Virus record (IMG/VR): IMGVR_UViG_3300011013_000016
Span: 1 to 53,358 of that record
Source of the DNA: a virus
Lineage: Duplodnaviria; Caudoviricetes
Length of the DNA stretch: 53,358 nt
Direction: 5' to 3' (one strand)
Under the pieces are notes generated by a model, which ran no database searches, was not told where the DNA came from, and saw nothing but the letters and a program-made list of their open reading frames with translations. Below are positions 29,301-37,417 of the stretch, one piece after another. Position 1 is the first letter of the stretch, and the number at the start of each line of letters is the position of its first letter. The position numbers were made by a program, and so were the translations under genes.

Positions 29301-32300
29301 CATGTCCGGGCTCGGAGAGGCGTACACCGCCGCAGCTGCACAGCTCCGAGTGACAGCCGGCCGGCGGGCCCGCATGGGCGAGCTGAACCTGAAGAGGGCG
29401 GTGACCAAGCTGGACGAAGGCCGCACAGCTGGCAAGCTACTCCTCGACGAGGCCGACGCAACCCGAGCAACAGTTGAGCCCCAGCTCATGGGCGTCATGG
29501 AGAAGCTGGAGGAGACTACCCCGGTCATCTATCTCAAGACGGAGGCCGGAAAGCTGGAGCCCCGGGCCCTGCACGACTTCGAAGAGGGCCTGTGGACTGA
29601 GTACCACCAGTTGACAGAGCGAATCGCTCCTGAAGACCGGCTGTTGCTGGCATACAGCGTGCTCCGTGACACTGTGGATATCCCTGTGGAGATCCCCACC
29701 TGGCAGATCTTGACGGACGACGGGTACAGGGTCCTCGGCCGCCGCATGGGGGACCTGCCAAAGGAGCTGGTGCCCGTCGTCGTCGAGCTGCGGCGCCTGA
29801 TCAAGAACTACGAGGTCCTGTACCAGAAGCACGGCTTCGACTTCATGGCCGACCCGCTCCAGATGGCGCGGTCCTGGGGGGTCACCGAGTACGTCCCACA
29901 CATCAGGTCCGGGCAGTCCCAGCTCTCCGGCCAGGGTGGTGTGGATCCCGGGCTCAGCCGGCACTCCACGGGCGTGTCCCTGGACGAGCGCCTGTCGCTC
30001 AGCATGGATGCCGCCAGGCGACGAGAGATGGAGGGCACGATCGACGAGCTGAACGCCGGCCTGGTTGGCGTGCGGCGCAACTTCGATGTCGAGCGCGGCC
30101 TCAAGGGCAAGGTCAAGGACGCGGCTCGACGCCTGAAGGAGGGGCCAGATCCAGAGGCGGTGTTCACCCTGGACCCCATGAAGCTGGCGTCCCGCTACAT
30201 GCAGGCCAACCGAGCCATCTCCACCCGTGATCTGCTCACGGGCATGATGCGCAGCGACGTGATCCGTGTGGTGGGTCCCGAGCGCCTGGCCGATGGCACG
30301 TACCTGACTGTGCACCGGATTGCCCAGCGCGACGACTTGGCGCCGCTGATGGTGAACCGGAACCAAGACATCGACAACGTTCTCCTCATGGAGGGGACTC
30401 GGGAAGAGTGGCTCGCCCAAGGCGGTGGGTTCGGGGCCAAGGTCGAAGAGCTGCGGCATGGAGGGGTCGCAGCGGACGACGACCCTGGCCGCATCACCAA
30501 GCTGTGGACCGGGCAGGCGTCCACTCAGTCCATGGCCAACCTGCGCAAGGAGGTCCGGGAGCTGCAGGACAGCGACAACTTGCTGGAAGCACTGACCCGC
30601 ATCCGGGGGCGGGACTTCTCGGACGGGAGCGCCGACTGGCGGGGTGGGTCCGCCGGGGACACCGCCCTGTACGACCCCCGCGCACAGGTGGCCTCGGCGC
30701 TGCAGGACGCGGAGGCTGCGCGTCGTCGTGGCCTGGATGCGCTCGCCAACCAGTTCGGATCCTACGACGAGATCCCGACAGGGCAGATCAAGGCCCTCGA
30801 CAAGGCGGTGGACGCCGACCTGGCCAAGGGCCTCGACCACCTGGCCAACGAGATCAACCGGCTCCAGGTCATGTCCCATGACGTGCAGGCTGGGTCAGCA
30901 GCAGCAGCCGGGATCCAGGCCAAGGTCACGGGTCGAACCCTGGCCAACTTCTACACTCCAGGGCAGGAGCTGTACCGGCTCTACGTGCCACGTGTGGTTC
31001 AGCAGTCCATGGAGGACATGCTCCTGCTCGACCGGGCGTCCGGCTTCCTTGGCAAGTTTGGTCATGCCGTGCACGCGGTCCAGAACTTCTACAAGGCCCG
31101 GATGACCATCCTGGCCCCGATGTTCCACGGGCGTAACGCCATCTCCAACGTCGCCCAGAACATGCTCGACCTGGGCGTGCACGGGGCCCTGAACCCGCAC
31201 ACCAATGTCATGGCCACGCGCCTCACGCACGGGCTCACCTACTACGAGATGTTCGGGTCGATGGAGAACGCCCGCAAGGCTCTTGCGGCCCCGAGGCGGG
31301 TGACCGAGAAGCAGGTCAAGGGCGCCGGGGTCCTGCGGGCAGCGGAGACCGAGGCCAAGTACCGGATCCGCCAGGCCAGGGCCGCGGACTTCGAGCTGTC
31401 CTTCGGCCAGTGGCTGGACGAGGGCGTGGACATCACCGGCAAGGGCGACGTCTGGACCTTGGACGAGCTGTACGCCCAGCTCAAACTGAAGGGCGCCGTC
31501 TCCGAGTCATTCACCCAGTTCGTGGACTTGGAGCACTACGAGGGCCAGCTCCTGCGGGAGATCGCCCGCTCGGCCCGGCCCACCCCTCAGGCCCTGCCCG
31601 GCCGCATCGGGCGCTCGCTGTGGGACAACCTGTCCACCGTCGAGGACGTGGCCATCGTCTACACGGGCCTGGCCCTGAGCGGCGGCACGCTCATGTTCCT
31701 GCCCAAGAAGCTGGGTGCGCACGTCGGCCGGGCCTTCGAGAACCAGGCCCGGCTAACCAACGTGCTCGGAAACCTGAAGCGGTCCGGGAACCTGGACGAC
31801 GCCATCGGTCACGCCAATCGCTTCCTGTTCGACTACAACGACCTCAACGCTACTCAGCGCGTGATCCTCCGGGCCATGTTCCCGTTCCTCACGTGGAACA
31901 TGAAGAACGTGGACCTGCAGCTGCGCATGATGGCGCAGGACCCCAACTTCTACAGCCAGTTCCACCGGATGATGAACGTCGGGTTGCCCAAGGTCTCGCA
32001 GGCCATGGAGCACGAGGCGTCCGGTGCAGAGGGCCCGTTCAACCCCAAGGACTACGGCTCGCGCTACTACCAGTCCCGCCAGCGCCCGTACACCCTGTCC
32101 AGAGCCCGCATCCCTATCCCGGGGTCCTCGTTCTTTGGGCGCCCCCTGCCCAACACCTTCGTGTCCGGGTTCGGCCTGCCCCAAGAGGCTCTGGTCGAGT
32201 GGATGGCGCCGATGCTCATCTCGACGGGCGCCAACCTTCAGACCCTGTCGAACGTCCCGCTACCGATCCCGGGCCGGGGCTTGATGAAGAGGGCGGCCGG

Positions 32301-32958
32301 GGCCCTCGGTGTGGACGAGACCTACATGCAGGCGCAGGCCAATGCAGGGCGGAACCCGAACCTGCGCGCGGCGTCGCACACCAACTTCCTGGCCCGCATC
32401 GGGTTCGAGGCACTGAGTGGACACCACTCCTTCTACGACATGCCGATCGAGGACATGAACAACGGCATGATCTTCGCTGCCTACCTGGCTGCGCTGGAGA
32501 ACCTGGACCCCGTCGCTGGGTTCGATCCGGCCGGCAGCATGGCCGACTGGATGAAGCGCACTGCCAGCGTCAAGCCCTTTACAGCGGTGGACCCCATCAC
32601 CGGTCATCTGGTAGAGCGGGCTGTTGTGGACGGCCGCTACAACTGGGGCATGGGCATCCTGCCCTGGAACCGCATCATCCGAGAAGCGGCGTCCATGTCC
32701 GCCATCCATGCACTCACGCTGGGGGACACCAACGTGGGCGAGGGCAGCCCCACCCCGACCGAGGTGCCCAAGCCCCTGCGCTTCCTGCACGCCTACACGG
32801 GGATCAAGCTCTTCCAGGAGCAGCCCTGGCTCGGGTACCAGTACGGGTCCGGTGCGTACGGCACGCGCGGACAGGAGCAGGCGCTTGAGGAGTTTCGGTC
32901 CAGCTTCCGGGAGAGCACCCGAACCTACGGCTCCGAGTACCTGCCGAAGCCCCGGTAG
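26335..32958 (+). CDS. Giant internal virion/DNA-ejection protein (2207 aa)
   Basis: Last structural gene; YVPH, APMFHGRNAISN and FLFDYNDL...FPFLTWNMKN motifs seen in large podovirus ejection proteins. Confidence 0.7.
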   Translation: MGNPFSYLTTSSGKAPWEEEEEEQAAAPAADSYAPTIISYPHETQTLPSGIEAPARHGLYRARDQIKASETSYLEPSLTHQAVQGWSQDPGTFSPEQQTEGSEPRWYESLFRVLEPFEIPTSAMHRGRTALVGGTEKDGLSYKAQREMHANVFGRALGPGYVLEKRPEARHPADPEASTAGGPVPGQTRAEAAKSQFEYEQDRQVDVDERRAYEERLAPDLAQLQDEIMEANRAAYDRFWEAASSGELSALAKSRAKDRVGPDYGILRQGDINDVYMPLEEAQRLQQKANALGLDAGPFLNTMADPTQRVWVGILGDVVSDPFNAAGPGAGTKVVRVGDDVFRAGVKAQAAAGAVSRATGGAVGADDVLRTIVAAERGDEAARAAAVRWAGELDDAAQASRARAAAPARSGEQIMDDAVRHKADMVDAAEQARIAFQQGNATRRMVNTTRANLDNAERALVRLKTPRYAAQVAVRETRLAAKSAAEQSAAARSLAFVGDGGRGLAGKAGGLPFHLPFTPHTVSLSPVPVLPLPKKAVTYAAGKVGAGVGKVAEPWTLRTLEATPWDEMTGSQMLAHLFQASGVEAARGVQDVGLFAWDTLARWFGDRTIMRSLRFYGLGNAGKQRMAAELGSELARDAAAADRVSKSLARFGINASRLARVSGEVWDNYQTALIGFMRRMSSMESETLRSVNRITEHARAAWKHRKDVAARSLPGLRTQIADLEGRGAAQTEAVRVLKAEATMLTMWASPKYGVQDVLIEAGGAIERGHGTLQESLLRDFPEYRGELGVRPELIPLANEVEGLIKRWVAATGQEEETLRQALVAMERSLKGDPRVRGGLEKLKASLQGQLDTLDQATPQIRKQLSELEDKVATTTKRSEQQVVEPVKQAEFLETKAGQKSTPAMSKRLREAYERGDDADDAAAPMASPTAAASKNAMASAVAGDTSAAYNEVRQVLNKYAAGDVADKAIKKSLDTLAERVVAHFDEGGPMSGLGEAYTAAAAQLRVTAGRRARMGELNLKRAVTKLDEGRTAGKLLLDEADATRATVEPQLMGVMEKLEETTPVIYLKTEAGKLEPRALHDFEEGLWTEYHQLTERIAPEDRLLLAYSVLRDTVDIPVEIPTWQILTDDGYRVLGRRMGDLPKELVPVVVELRRLIKNYEVLYQKHGFDFMADPLQMARSWGVTEYVPHIRSGQSQLSGQGGVDPGLSRHSTGVSLDERLSLSMDAARRREMEGTIDELNAGLVGVRRNFDVERGLKGKVKDAARRLKEGPDPEAVFTLDPMKLASRYMQANRAISTRDLLTGMMRSDVIRVVGPERLADGTYLTVHRIAQRDDLAPLMVNRNQDIDNVLLMEGTREEWLAQGGGFGAKVEELRHGGVAADDDPGRITKLWTGQASTQSMANLRKEVRELQDSDNLLEALTRIRGRDFSDGSADWRGGSAGDTALYDPRAQVASALQDAEAARRRGLDALANQFGSYDEIPTGQIKALDKAVDADLAKGLDHLANEINRLQVMSHDVQAGSAAAAGIQAKVTGRTLANFYTPGQELYRLYVPRVVQQSMEDMLLLDRASGFLGKFGHAVHAVQNFYKARMTILAPMFHGRNAISNVAQNMLDLGVHGALNPHTNVMATRLTHGLTYYEMFGSMENARKALAAPRRVTEKQVKGAGVLRAAETEAKYRIRQARAADFELSFGQWLDEGVDITGKGDVWTLDELYAQLKLKGAVSESFTQFVDLEHYEGQLLREIARSARPTPQALPGRIGRSLWDNLSTVEDVAIVYTGLALSGGTLMFLPKKLGAHVGRAFENQARLTNVLGNLKRSGNLDDAIGHANRFLFDYNDLNATQRVILRAMFPFLTWNMKNVDLQLRMMAQDPNFYSQFHRMMNVGLPKVSQAMEHEASGAEGPFNPKDYGSRYYQSRQRPYTLSRARIPIPGSSFFGRPLPNTFVSGFGLPQEALVEWMAPMLISTGANLQTLSNVPLPIPGRGLMKRAAGALGVDETYMQAQANAGRNPNLRAASHTNFLARIGFEALSGHHSFYDMPIEDMNNGMIFAAYLAALENLDPVAGFDPAGSMADWMKRTASVKPFTAVDPITGHLVERAVVDGRYNWGMGILPWNRIIREAASMSAIHALTLGDTNVGEGSPTPTEVPKPLRFLHAYTGIKLFQEQPWLGYQYGSGAYGTRGQEQALEEFRSSFRESTRTYGSEYLPKPR

Positions 32959-32959
32959 C

Positions 32960-33151
32960 TCAGCCTCGGGCGCGCTCTCGCTCTCGGATCCACCCGTCCA
33001 GGAGCATGTGCGCGATGCGCTCTCGCTCCAGGCCCCAGCTGTCGGGATCCTCGGGATCCTGCCATTCTCCCGTCGAGGCTCGCTCTTCCAGGATCGTGCA
33101 GGCTCTCGCCCACAGGAAGTCCTGCACGTGTGCGGGGACTGGGTCAGGCAT
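32960..33151 (-). CDS. Hypothetical protein (MPDPVPAHVQDFLW...)
   Basis: ATG 33151 overlaps upstream gene end. Confidence 0.5.
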   Translation of the reverse strand: MPDPVPAHVQDFLWARACTILEERASTGEWQDPEDPDSWGLERERIAHMLLDGWIRERERARG

Positions 33152-33356
33152 GGTCGGGCCCCTGGGTCCAGATGAAGGCGGCAACGGGCCTGTCGTTCCT
33201 GGCTCGTTCACGTGCCGCAAGCCTCCAGACAGGCCGGAGCAGCTTCATGTCTTGGTAGTACATCATTCTCCAGATGACCTTGGCGGCAGCCCGCCTCTGC
33301 TTGAGCGTGTACCTGTCCGGGCTCTTGTACACCTTCTTTGCGATCCGTCGGTTCAT
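33144..33356 (-). CDS. Basic hypothetical protein (MNRRIAKKVYK...)
   Basis: ATGA coupling. Confidence 0.5.
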   Translation of the reverse strand: MNRRIAKKVYKSPDRYTLKQRRAAAKVIWRMMYYQDMKLLRPVWRLAARERARNDRPVAAFIWTQGPDHA

Positions 33357-33420
33357 CGCCACACCACAGGCGGACCCAGTTCGGTCGGGCCCTCGTGGCT
33401 GCATGTGTAGTGGTAGAGCT

Positions 33421-33987
33421 TCATGCCAAGAGCCTGTCGCACAAGGCTCGTTGCCGGTCGAACAGCCGGTGCTGGTGGTTGCGCTCGGGCCCGTACTCGA
33501 TGGCGTTCACGGCGTACCGGTGCCAGTCCCTCACTTCGTCCCAACCTAGGATCCAGGCTCGTGGGTCTCCGCCGGAACATCCGCATGGCAGCACACCCTC
33601 GACCACTCTCGGGATAGTTGTCGCGTGGTGCGCCGGCTTGCGCGCTGGGGATGCCATGGCCACGTACAGCAAGCCGCGCCCGTTCCCGAAGTGCTCGCAT
33701 AGAGAGCACTTGGAGCTGGGGCTGCTGGTCCCACCGCGCTTGTGGGCATTGGCCCCCTCGTGGGCCTTGATCAGCTCGTTGGGGTGGCAGAAGAACTTGC
33801 CCCGTGCCGAGTCAGCACAGTGCTCGTAGAACGCGTTGAACAACGTGTCCCGGGTCCAGCCGTCTGGCAGCACCTTCAGGTAGTGGTCCTCCAGCTTGCC
33901 CAGCTCCTGGTTCGAGGGGATCCCAACCAAGTTGGCCACGCGCATCTTGGCGTACAGGGCGCGGATGTCGTCGCGGTCGAGGGTCAC
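33421..33987 (-). CDS. Replication-associated protein (possible helicase loader/inhibitor) with Cys motifs
   Basis: GTG 33987 after GGAGG; downstream of initiator; KFFCHPNEL, CSLC, PCGC. Confidence 0.5.
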   Translation of the reverse strand: MTLDRDDIRALYAKMRVANLVGIPSNQELGKLEDHYLKVLPDGWTRDTLFNAFYEHCADSARGKFFCHPNELIKAHEGANAHKRGGTSSPSSKCSLCEHFGNGRGLLYVAMASPARKPAHHATTIPRVVEGVLPCGCSGGDPRAWILGWDEVRDWHRYAVNAIEYGPERNHQHRLFDRQRALCDRLLA

Positions 33988-34163
33988 GGCTTCCTCCCGT
34001 GCACCCGATCCATGAAGTCCAAGAGCGGTGAGTGTTGGAACAACACATCTACCAACGCCGTGTCCTGGTGGCTGTTGCTCCGCTTGGGCCGAGCTGCGGC
34101 CCCGGTGCCCAGGGCCAGCAGGGCGGCGCCGGCCTGGCGGAGGAAGGTGCGTCTGGTGCTCAT
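33984..34163 (-). CDS. 59 aa protein with twin-arginine (Tat)-like signal
   Basis: MSTRRTFLRQAGAALLALGTGAAA; coupled at both ends; GGAG RBS. Confidence 0.55.
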   Translation of the reverse strand: MSTRRTFLRQAGAALLALGTGAAARPKRSNSHQDTALVDVLFQHSPLLDFMDRVHGRKP

Positions 34164-35065
34164 CGGTCTGCTCCAAGGTTTAGATTTATCACGTGCCCCT
34201 TGCGTTCCGGCGGGCTGTCCAGCGGAGGTAGGGCATGGGCTCGGTGCTCGTCGTACCAGGGGTCGCCCGGACCGAGGGGATTCCCGTCGATGGTCATGCC
34301 GGAGTGCGCCATCATCAGCCGGAACCCGGCGTCCTCCTGCTCCTTGGTCCTGTCCCGGGGTGTCTGGGTGGGCGAGGCGGTGTCGGGGCAGCCAGCGGCC
34401 TCCCACGCCTGGGCCCGCTCGACCCTGTCGCCCCACCGGGTGGCCTTGAACAGGGTGCCGATGCCGGTGTAGACCTGGCCTCGGTCGTTGTCGCCCCGGT
34501 AGAATGCAGCGTCCGGGCCCTCGTGAACCCAGCGGGTGACCAGCTTGCACGACTCCAGGTCGGAGTCCCGGAGTCGGGCGTTGATCATGGTGCGGCGGTC
34601 GCTGGTCATCTTCTTGGCGGCGCGGGTGTGGTAGGTCCGCCAGTGGTCGTAGACCTCCTGTGCCTTGCTGGGGACTACGGGGTCAGGCTTGCCTGACGAA
34701 GGTGTCTTCTCCCTCTCCTTCTCTTTCTCTCCAGAAGGAGCGCGCGTACGTGAGCTGTCCCACATCCGTCCCACATCCGTCCCAGCCTCGTCCGTAAGTT
34801 CATGAGATTCCAGCTTGGTGTTGTCCCAGCACTTGACGAGTAGCTGCTCAGTTTTCCGCAGCCACCTGTCCGTGCTCGACCTGGCCCAGCCCCACCTGCA
34901 GGCCAGGTCACGGACGGACCAATCCGCCCGCTGCTCGTTGGCTGTGATCGCCTGCAGCTCAAGCTCGGCGACGTACTTGGGGCACGGGTGCTCCTTGGTC
35001 CAGCGGTGGCGCATCATGCCGGCGACCGTCGGGGCCGTGCGGCCCTTGAACCAGGGAAGACTCAC
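34160..35065 (-). CDS. Replication initiator protein (lambda O-like architecture)
   Basis: N-terminal HTH WSVRDLACRWGWARSSTDRWL; linker RTRAPSGEKEKERE; C-terminal VYDHW...RRTMINARL...TLFK domain; internal repeats. Confidence 0.75.
   Translation of the reverse strand: MSLPWFKGRTAPTVAGMMRHRWTKEHPCPKYVAELELQAITANEQRADWSVRDLACRWGWARSSTDRWLRKTEQLLVKCWDNTKLESHELTDEAGTDVGRMWDSSRTRAPSGEKEKEREKTPSSGKPDPVVPSKAQEVYDHWRTYHTRAAKKMTSDRRTMINARLRDSDLESCKLVTRWVHEGPDAAFYRGDNDRGQVYTGIGTLFKATRWGDRVERAQAWEAAGCPDTASPTQTPRDRTKEQEDAGFRLMMAHSGMTIDGNPLGPGDPWYDEHRAHALPPLDSPPERKGHVINLNLGADR
34757..34832. repeat. Iteron-like repeats, putative replication origin
   Basis: GTCCCACATCC x2 (34757, 34768), GTCCCAGCCTC (34779), GTCCCAGCAC (34823); 11-bp period inside the initiator gene. 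Confidence 0.6.
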
Positions 35066-35355
35066 GACACGAACCCGTAGTGCCGGAAGAAGTGGCTGAG
35101 GAACCGACAGGGGTACTTGCCGAGGCTGAACCACTCGCCCCGGATGTGGGCGTGGTCGAGCAGCTCGTGCATTCGGTGCTCGTCAGCCTGGGTTCCTGGG
35201 ATGTAGCCGAGCAGGTCGAGGGTGTTGGGGCTTCCGGACTGGAGCGAGTGAAGCCGCTTGATCGGCCGCCCTGTGGTGAACCCGATCTTCACAGCGCTGG
35301 TTGTGCTGGTCACGGATCCGAGGTCCTCGACGAAGTAGATCTGGCCGCGACTCAT
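35062..35355 (-). CDS. GIY-YIG/T5orf172 (MUG113-like) domain protein
   Basis: GQIYFV...VKIGFT...RLHSLQSGSP...EHRMH...IRGEWF. Confidence 0.85.
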   Translation of the reverse strand: MSRGQIYFVEDLGSVTSTTSAVKIGFTTGRPIKRLHSLQSGSPNTLDLLGYIPGTQADEHRMHELLDHAHIRGEWFSLGKYPCRFLSHFFRHYGFVS

Positions 35356-35627
35356 CCTGCCTCGGGGGTTGAAGGCCAGGTCAATGCCGACCACGCCACG
35401 GCATCATCCCATTGCAGCCCTTGGCGCCGCACGTGGGCCAGGGCTGGTTCCACTTGCGGGGCGGGGGCGAGCGCACGGGTGGCGCTGGCTCGCTCATGAG
35501 TCCTCCGACAGGGTGCTGCTGCCTGCCGGCGCCCCCCCGTCCACATGCCTGCGGAGCGAGGGGTGGTCCCCTTGTGGGACCGTGCACCTGTCAGGAGCAC
35601 GGACGGTGTACCTCGGGGGCTACTCAC
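35352..35627 (-). CDS. Hypothetical protein
   Basis: Fills gap with 4-nt overlaps at both ends; atypical composition. Confidence 0.35.
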   Translation of the reverse strand: MSSPRGTPSVLLTGARSHKGTTPRSAGMWTGGRRQAAAPCRRTHERASATRALAPAPQVEPALAHVRRQGLQWDDAVAWSALTWPSTPEAG

Positions 35628-35974
35628 CTGTCAAGCTGACGAGACAGTACTTGCTCGGCAGTTGCCAATGTCAGCGCCTCGCTGTGCTCAGAACTCAGCT
35701 CCCAGGCGCCCTCGGTGCGACCCCGGTTCTTGTACCAGGACAGGATGATGAACGATCCCTCGTTGGGGAGGATAGCCGTGTACTGGTCCTCGGAGCAGAC
35801 TTGATCGAAGCGCCCGCCGGTCAGGTTCCGGAGCGCATTCATCGTCGCGCAGTTCCAGTTTTCCGTGTCGAAGACAGGAACCTCTCCTCCATACTTCTGG
35901 AAGGCGCAGCGTGGCGGGTCTCCCGGCCAAGTCTGGCCCCGTGCACGGCACCTCGGGCATGGCTCGTGGCTCAT
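35624..35974 (-). CDS. Phage hypothetical protein (CPRC...CAF...NWNCATMNALR...WYKNRGRT)
   Basis: ATGA coupling to resolvase gene. Confidence 0.65.
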   Translation of the reverse strand: MSHEPCPRCRARGQTWPGDPPRCAFQKYGGEVPVFDTENWNCATMNALRNLTGGRFDQVCSEDQYTAILPNEGSFIILSWYKNRGRTEGAWELSSEHSEALTLATAEQVLSRQLDR

Positions 35975-36462
35975 GATGGCACCCGCAAAGTGTCCTCGAC
36001 AGCCAGGGCCACAGCCAGGGCAGACCAGGCGTGGCTCGACACCCCGTAGCACGGGCCCGGGCTGGCCTTCAGCCCACACGCAGACCGCCTGGTGCCGCCG
36101 AACATCTCGATCAGCCTGGCCCGCACGAGCACGTCCCGGTTCCCGTGCTGTCCGAGCACGTCCAGGAAGCGCAGGACTTGGCGCCGGTACATGAGGGTGT
36201 ACGGGATCTCGGAGCACTCAGCCTGCTGCCACAGCCTGCCGGTCAGCTCGATGGTGCGGAACAAGTCTCCGCCGGCCTGGCCTTGTGCCTGCACCCGCTC
36301 GATGGCGATGTGCCCGTGCCCCGCCTGCGCCTGGTTGTGGATGAGCTGGAGCACCCCATCAGCACCCAACGCCTTGTGCGCCAGGGTCACGCGCTTATCC
36401 GCAGTGTCGTACCGAACGACCCCGCTGCTGTTGGTGCCGGGATCGATGCCGATGATGATCAC
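35971..36462 (-). CDS. RuvC-like Holliday junction resolvase
   Basis: IIIGIDPGTNSSG, IAIERV, HAWSALAVAL. Confidence 0.8.
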   Translation of the reverse strand: MIIIGIDPGTNSSGVVRYDTADKRVTLAHKALGADGVLQLIHNQAQAGHGHIAIERVQAQGQAGGDLFRTIELTGRLWQQAECSEIPYTLMYRRQVLRFLDVLGQHGNRDVLVRARLIEMFGGTRRSACGLKASPGPCYGVSSHAWSALAVALAVEDTLRVPS

Positions 36463-36821
36463 GGGTCCTCCTCTGCCCAGTCCGGGCGTGGTGCTTGCCA
36501 GGGGTCAGTGCCCTCTGGGGCCTGGGGTGGCCAGTCCTCGGGCTCGGGTTCAGGCTCGTCCTCCCACCAGCCCTCGACGTGGACGCCGAGCCAGACGGAG
36601 ACGAGGATGATGGGGGGGGTGGGATTCAAGTTGGACGCCGCCAGAGATGGACGCTTCTTCCCGCTCGCCCAGTCCCCCATCACGGTGTCGTAGGTGCGGT
36701 ACCCTGTTGCTCGCCACAGGCTGTCGCAGGCGTTCCGGAAGTTGCCGCACTCCTCCACCTTGCGCAGGAGTGCGGCACGTCCTTTGGTTATGGGCGGAAC
36801 AGGTCCCATCGGTTCCTCCAC
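36459..36821 (-). CDS. Hypothetical protein, possible HTH
   Basis: ORF between ssb and resolvase; YDTVMGDWASGKKRPS. Confidence 0.5.
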   Translation of the reverse strand: MEEPMGPVPPITKGRAALLRKVEECGNFRNACDSLWRATGYRTYDTVMGDWASGKKRPSLAASNLNPTPPIILVSVWLGVHVEGWWEDEPEPEPEDWPPQAPEGTDPWQAPRPDWAEEDP

Positions 36822-36832
36822 TTGGCGTGTGT

Positions 36833-37408
36833 CTACACGATGGTAGTCAACAGGTCCAAGAACTGGCTGGTCGTAGCGGCGAACGCAGATGCGCCGGCAG
36901 AGAGCAACACCGCAAAGGGGATCTGGTCGTCAGAGGGGTACCCCCCACCCCCCTGACCACTCTGCTGGACGTTGGCGTGCGGGTCATGTCCGCCACGAGC
37001 GTCGCCATACCCGCCTTGCTGCTGCTGTGGCTGCTGCTGCTGCTGCTGGGGAGGCATGGCCTGCGTGTGACCCCCGCCGCCGCCCTGGTAGCCGCCTTGC
37101 TGCTGCTGTGGCTGCTGCTGTGGCTGTGTGTAGGGGGTGACCTCGAACACGCGCACCTCGGTGACCCACTTCTTCTCACCACCACCCTGTGGCTCGTAGC
37201 TGCGGCGCTGGAGCTTGCCCCGCACAGACACGAGCTTGCCTTGCTGGAGCAGGTGCCCGTACTTGTTGGGCACATCCACGAACAGGGTCTGGTCGAACCG
37301 GCGCCCGTCCTGTGCGAAGTCCCAGGTCTTGAGGCGGACGGGTGTGGTGTACTGGCGTGGTTGCTGCACAGCCTCGACGGTTCCGGCGAGCATGATGACG
37401 TTGAGCAT
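36833..37408 (-). CDS. ssb: Single-stranded DNA-binding protein
   Basis: MLNVIMLAG...GKLVSVRGKLQRRSYE...KKWVTEV, Q/G-rich linker, DDQIPF motif. Confidence 0.9.
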   Translation of the reverse strand: MLNVIMLAGTVEAVQQPRQYTTPVRLKTWDFAQDGRRFDQTLFVDVPNKYGHLLQQGKLVSVRGKLQRRSYEPQGGGEKKWVTEVRVFEVTPYTQPQQQPQQQQGGYQGGGGGHTQAMPPQQQQQQPQQQQGGYGDARGGHDPHANVQQSGQGGGGYPSDDQIPFAVLLSAGASAFAATTSQFLDLLTTIV

Positions 37409-37417
37409 GGTGGTGGA

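Noticed and set aside
26335-32958. Virion RNA polymerase (N4- or crAss-like)
   Set aside because: No catalytic motifs recognised by eye; the C-terminal motifs fit ejection proteins.
11025-32958. Alternative genetic code (stop reassignment)
   Set aside because: Standard code gives full-length terminase, portal, capsid and tail genes with high coding density, and no suppressor tRNA is seen.
37015-37130. CTG/CAG triplet repeats
   Set aside because: They encode the ordinary poly-Gln linker of SSB.
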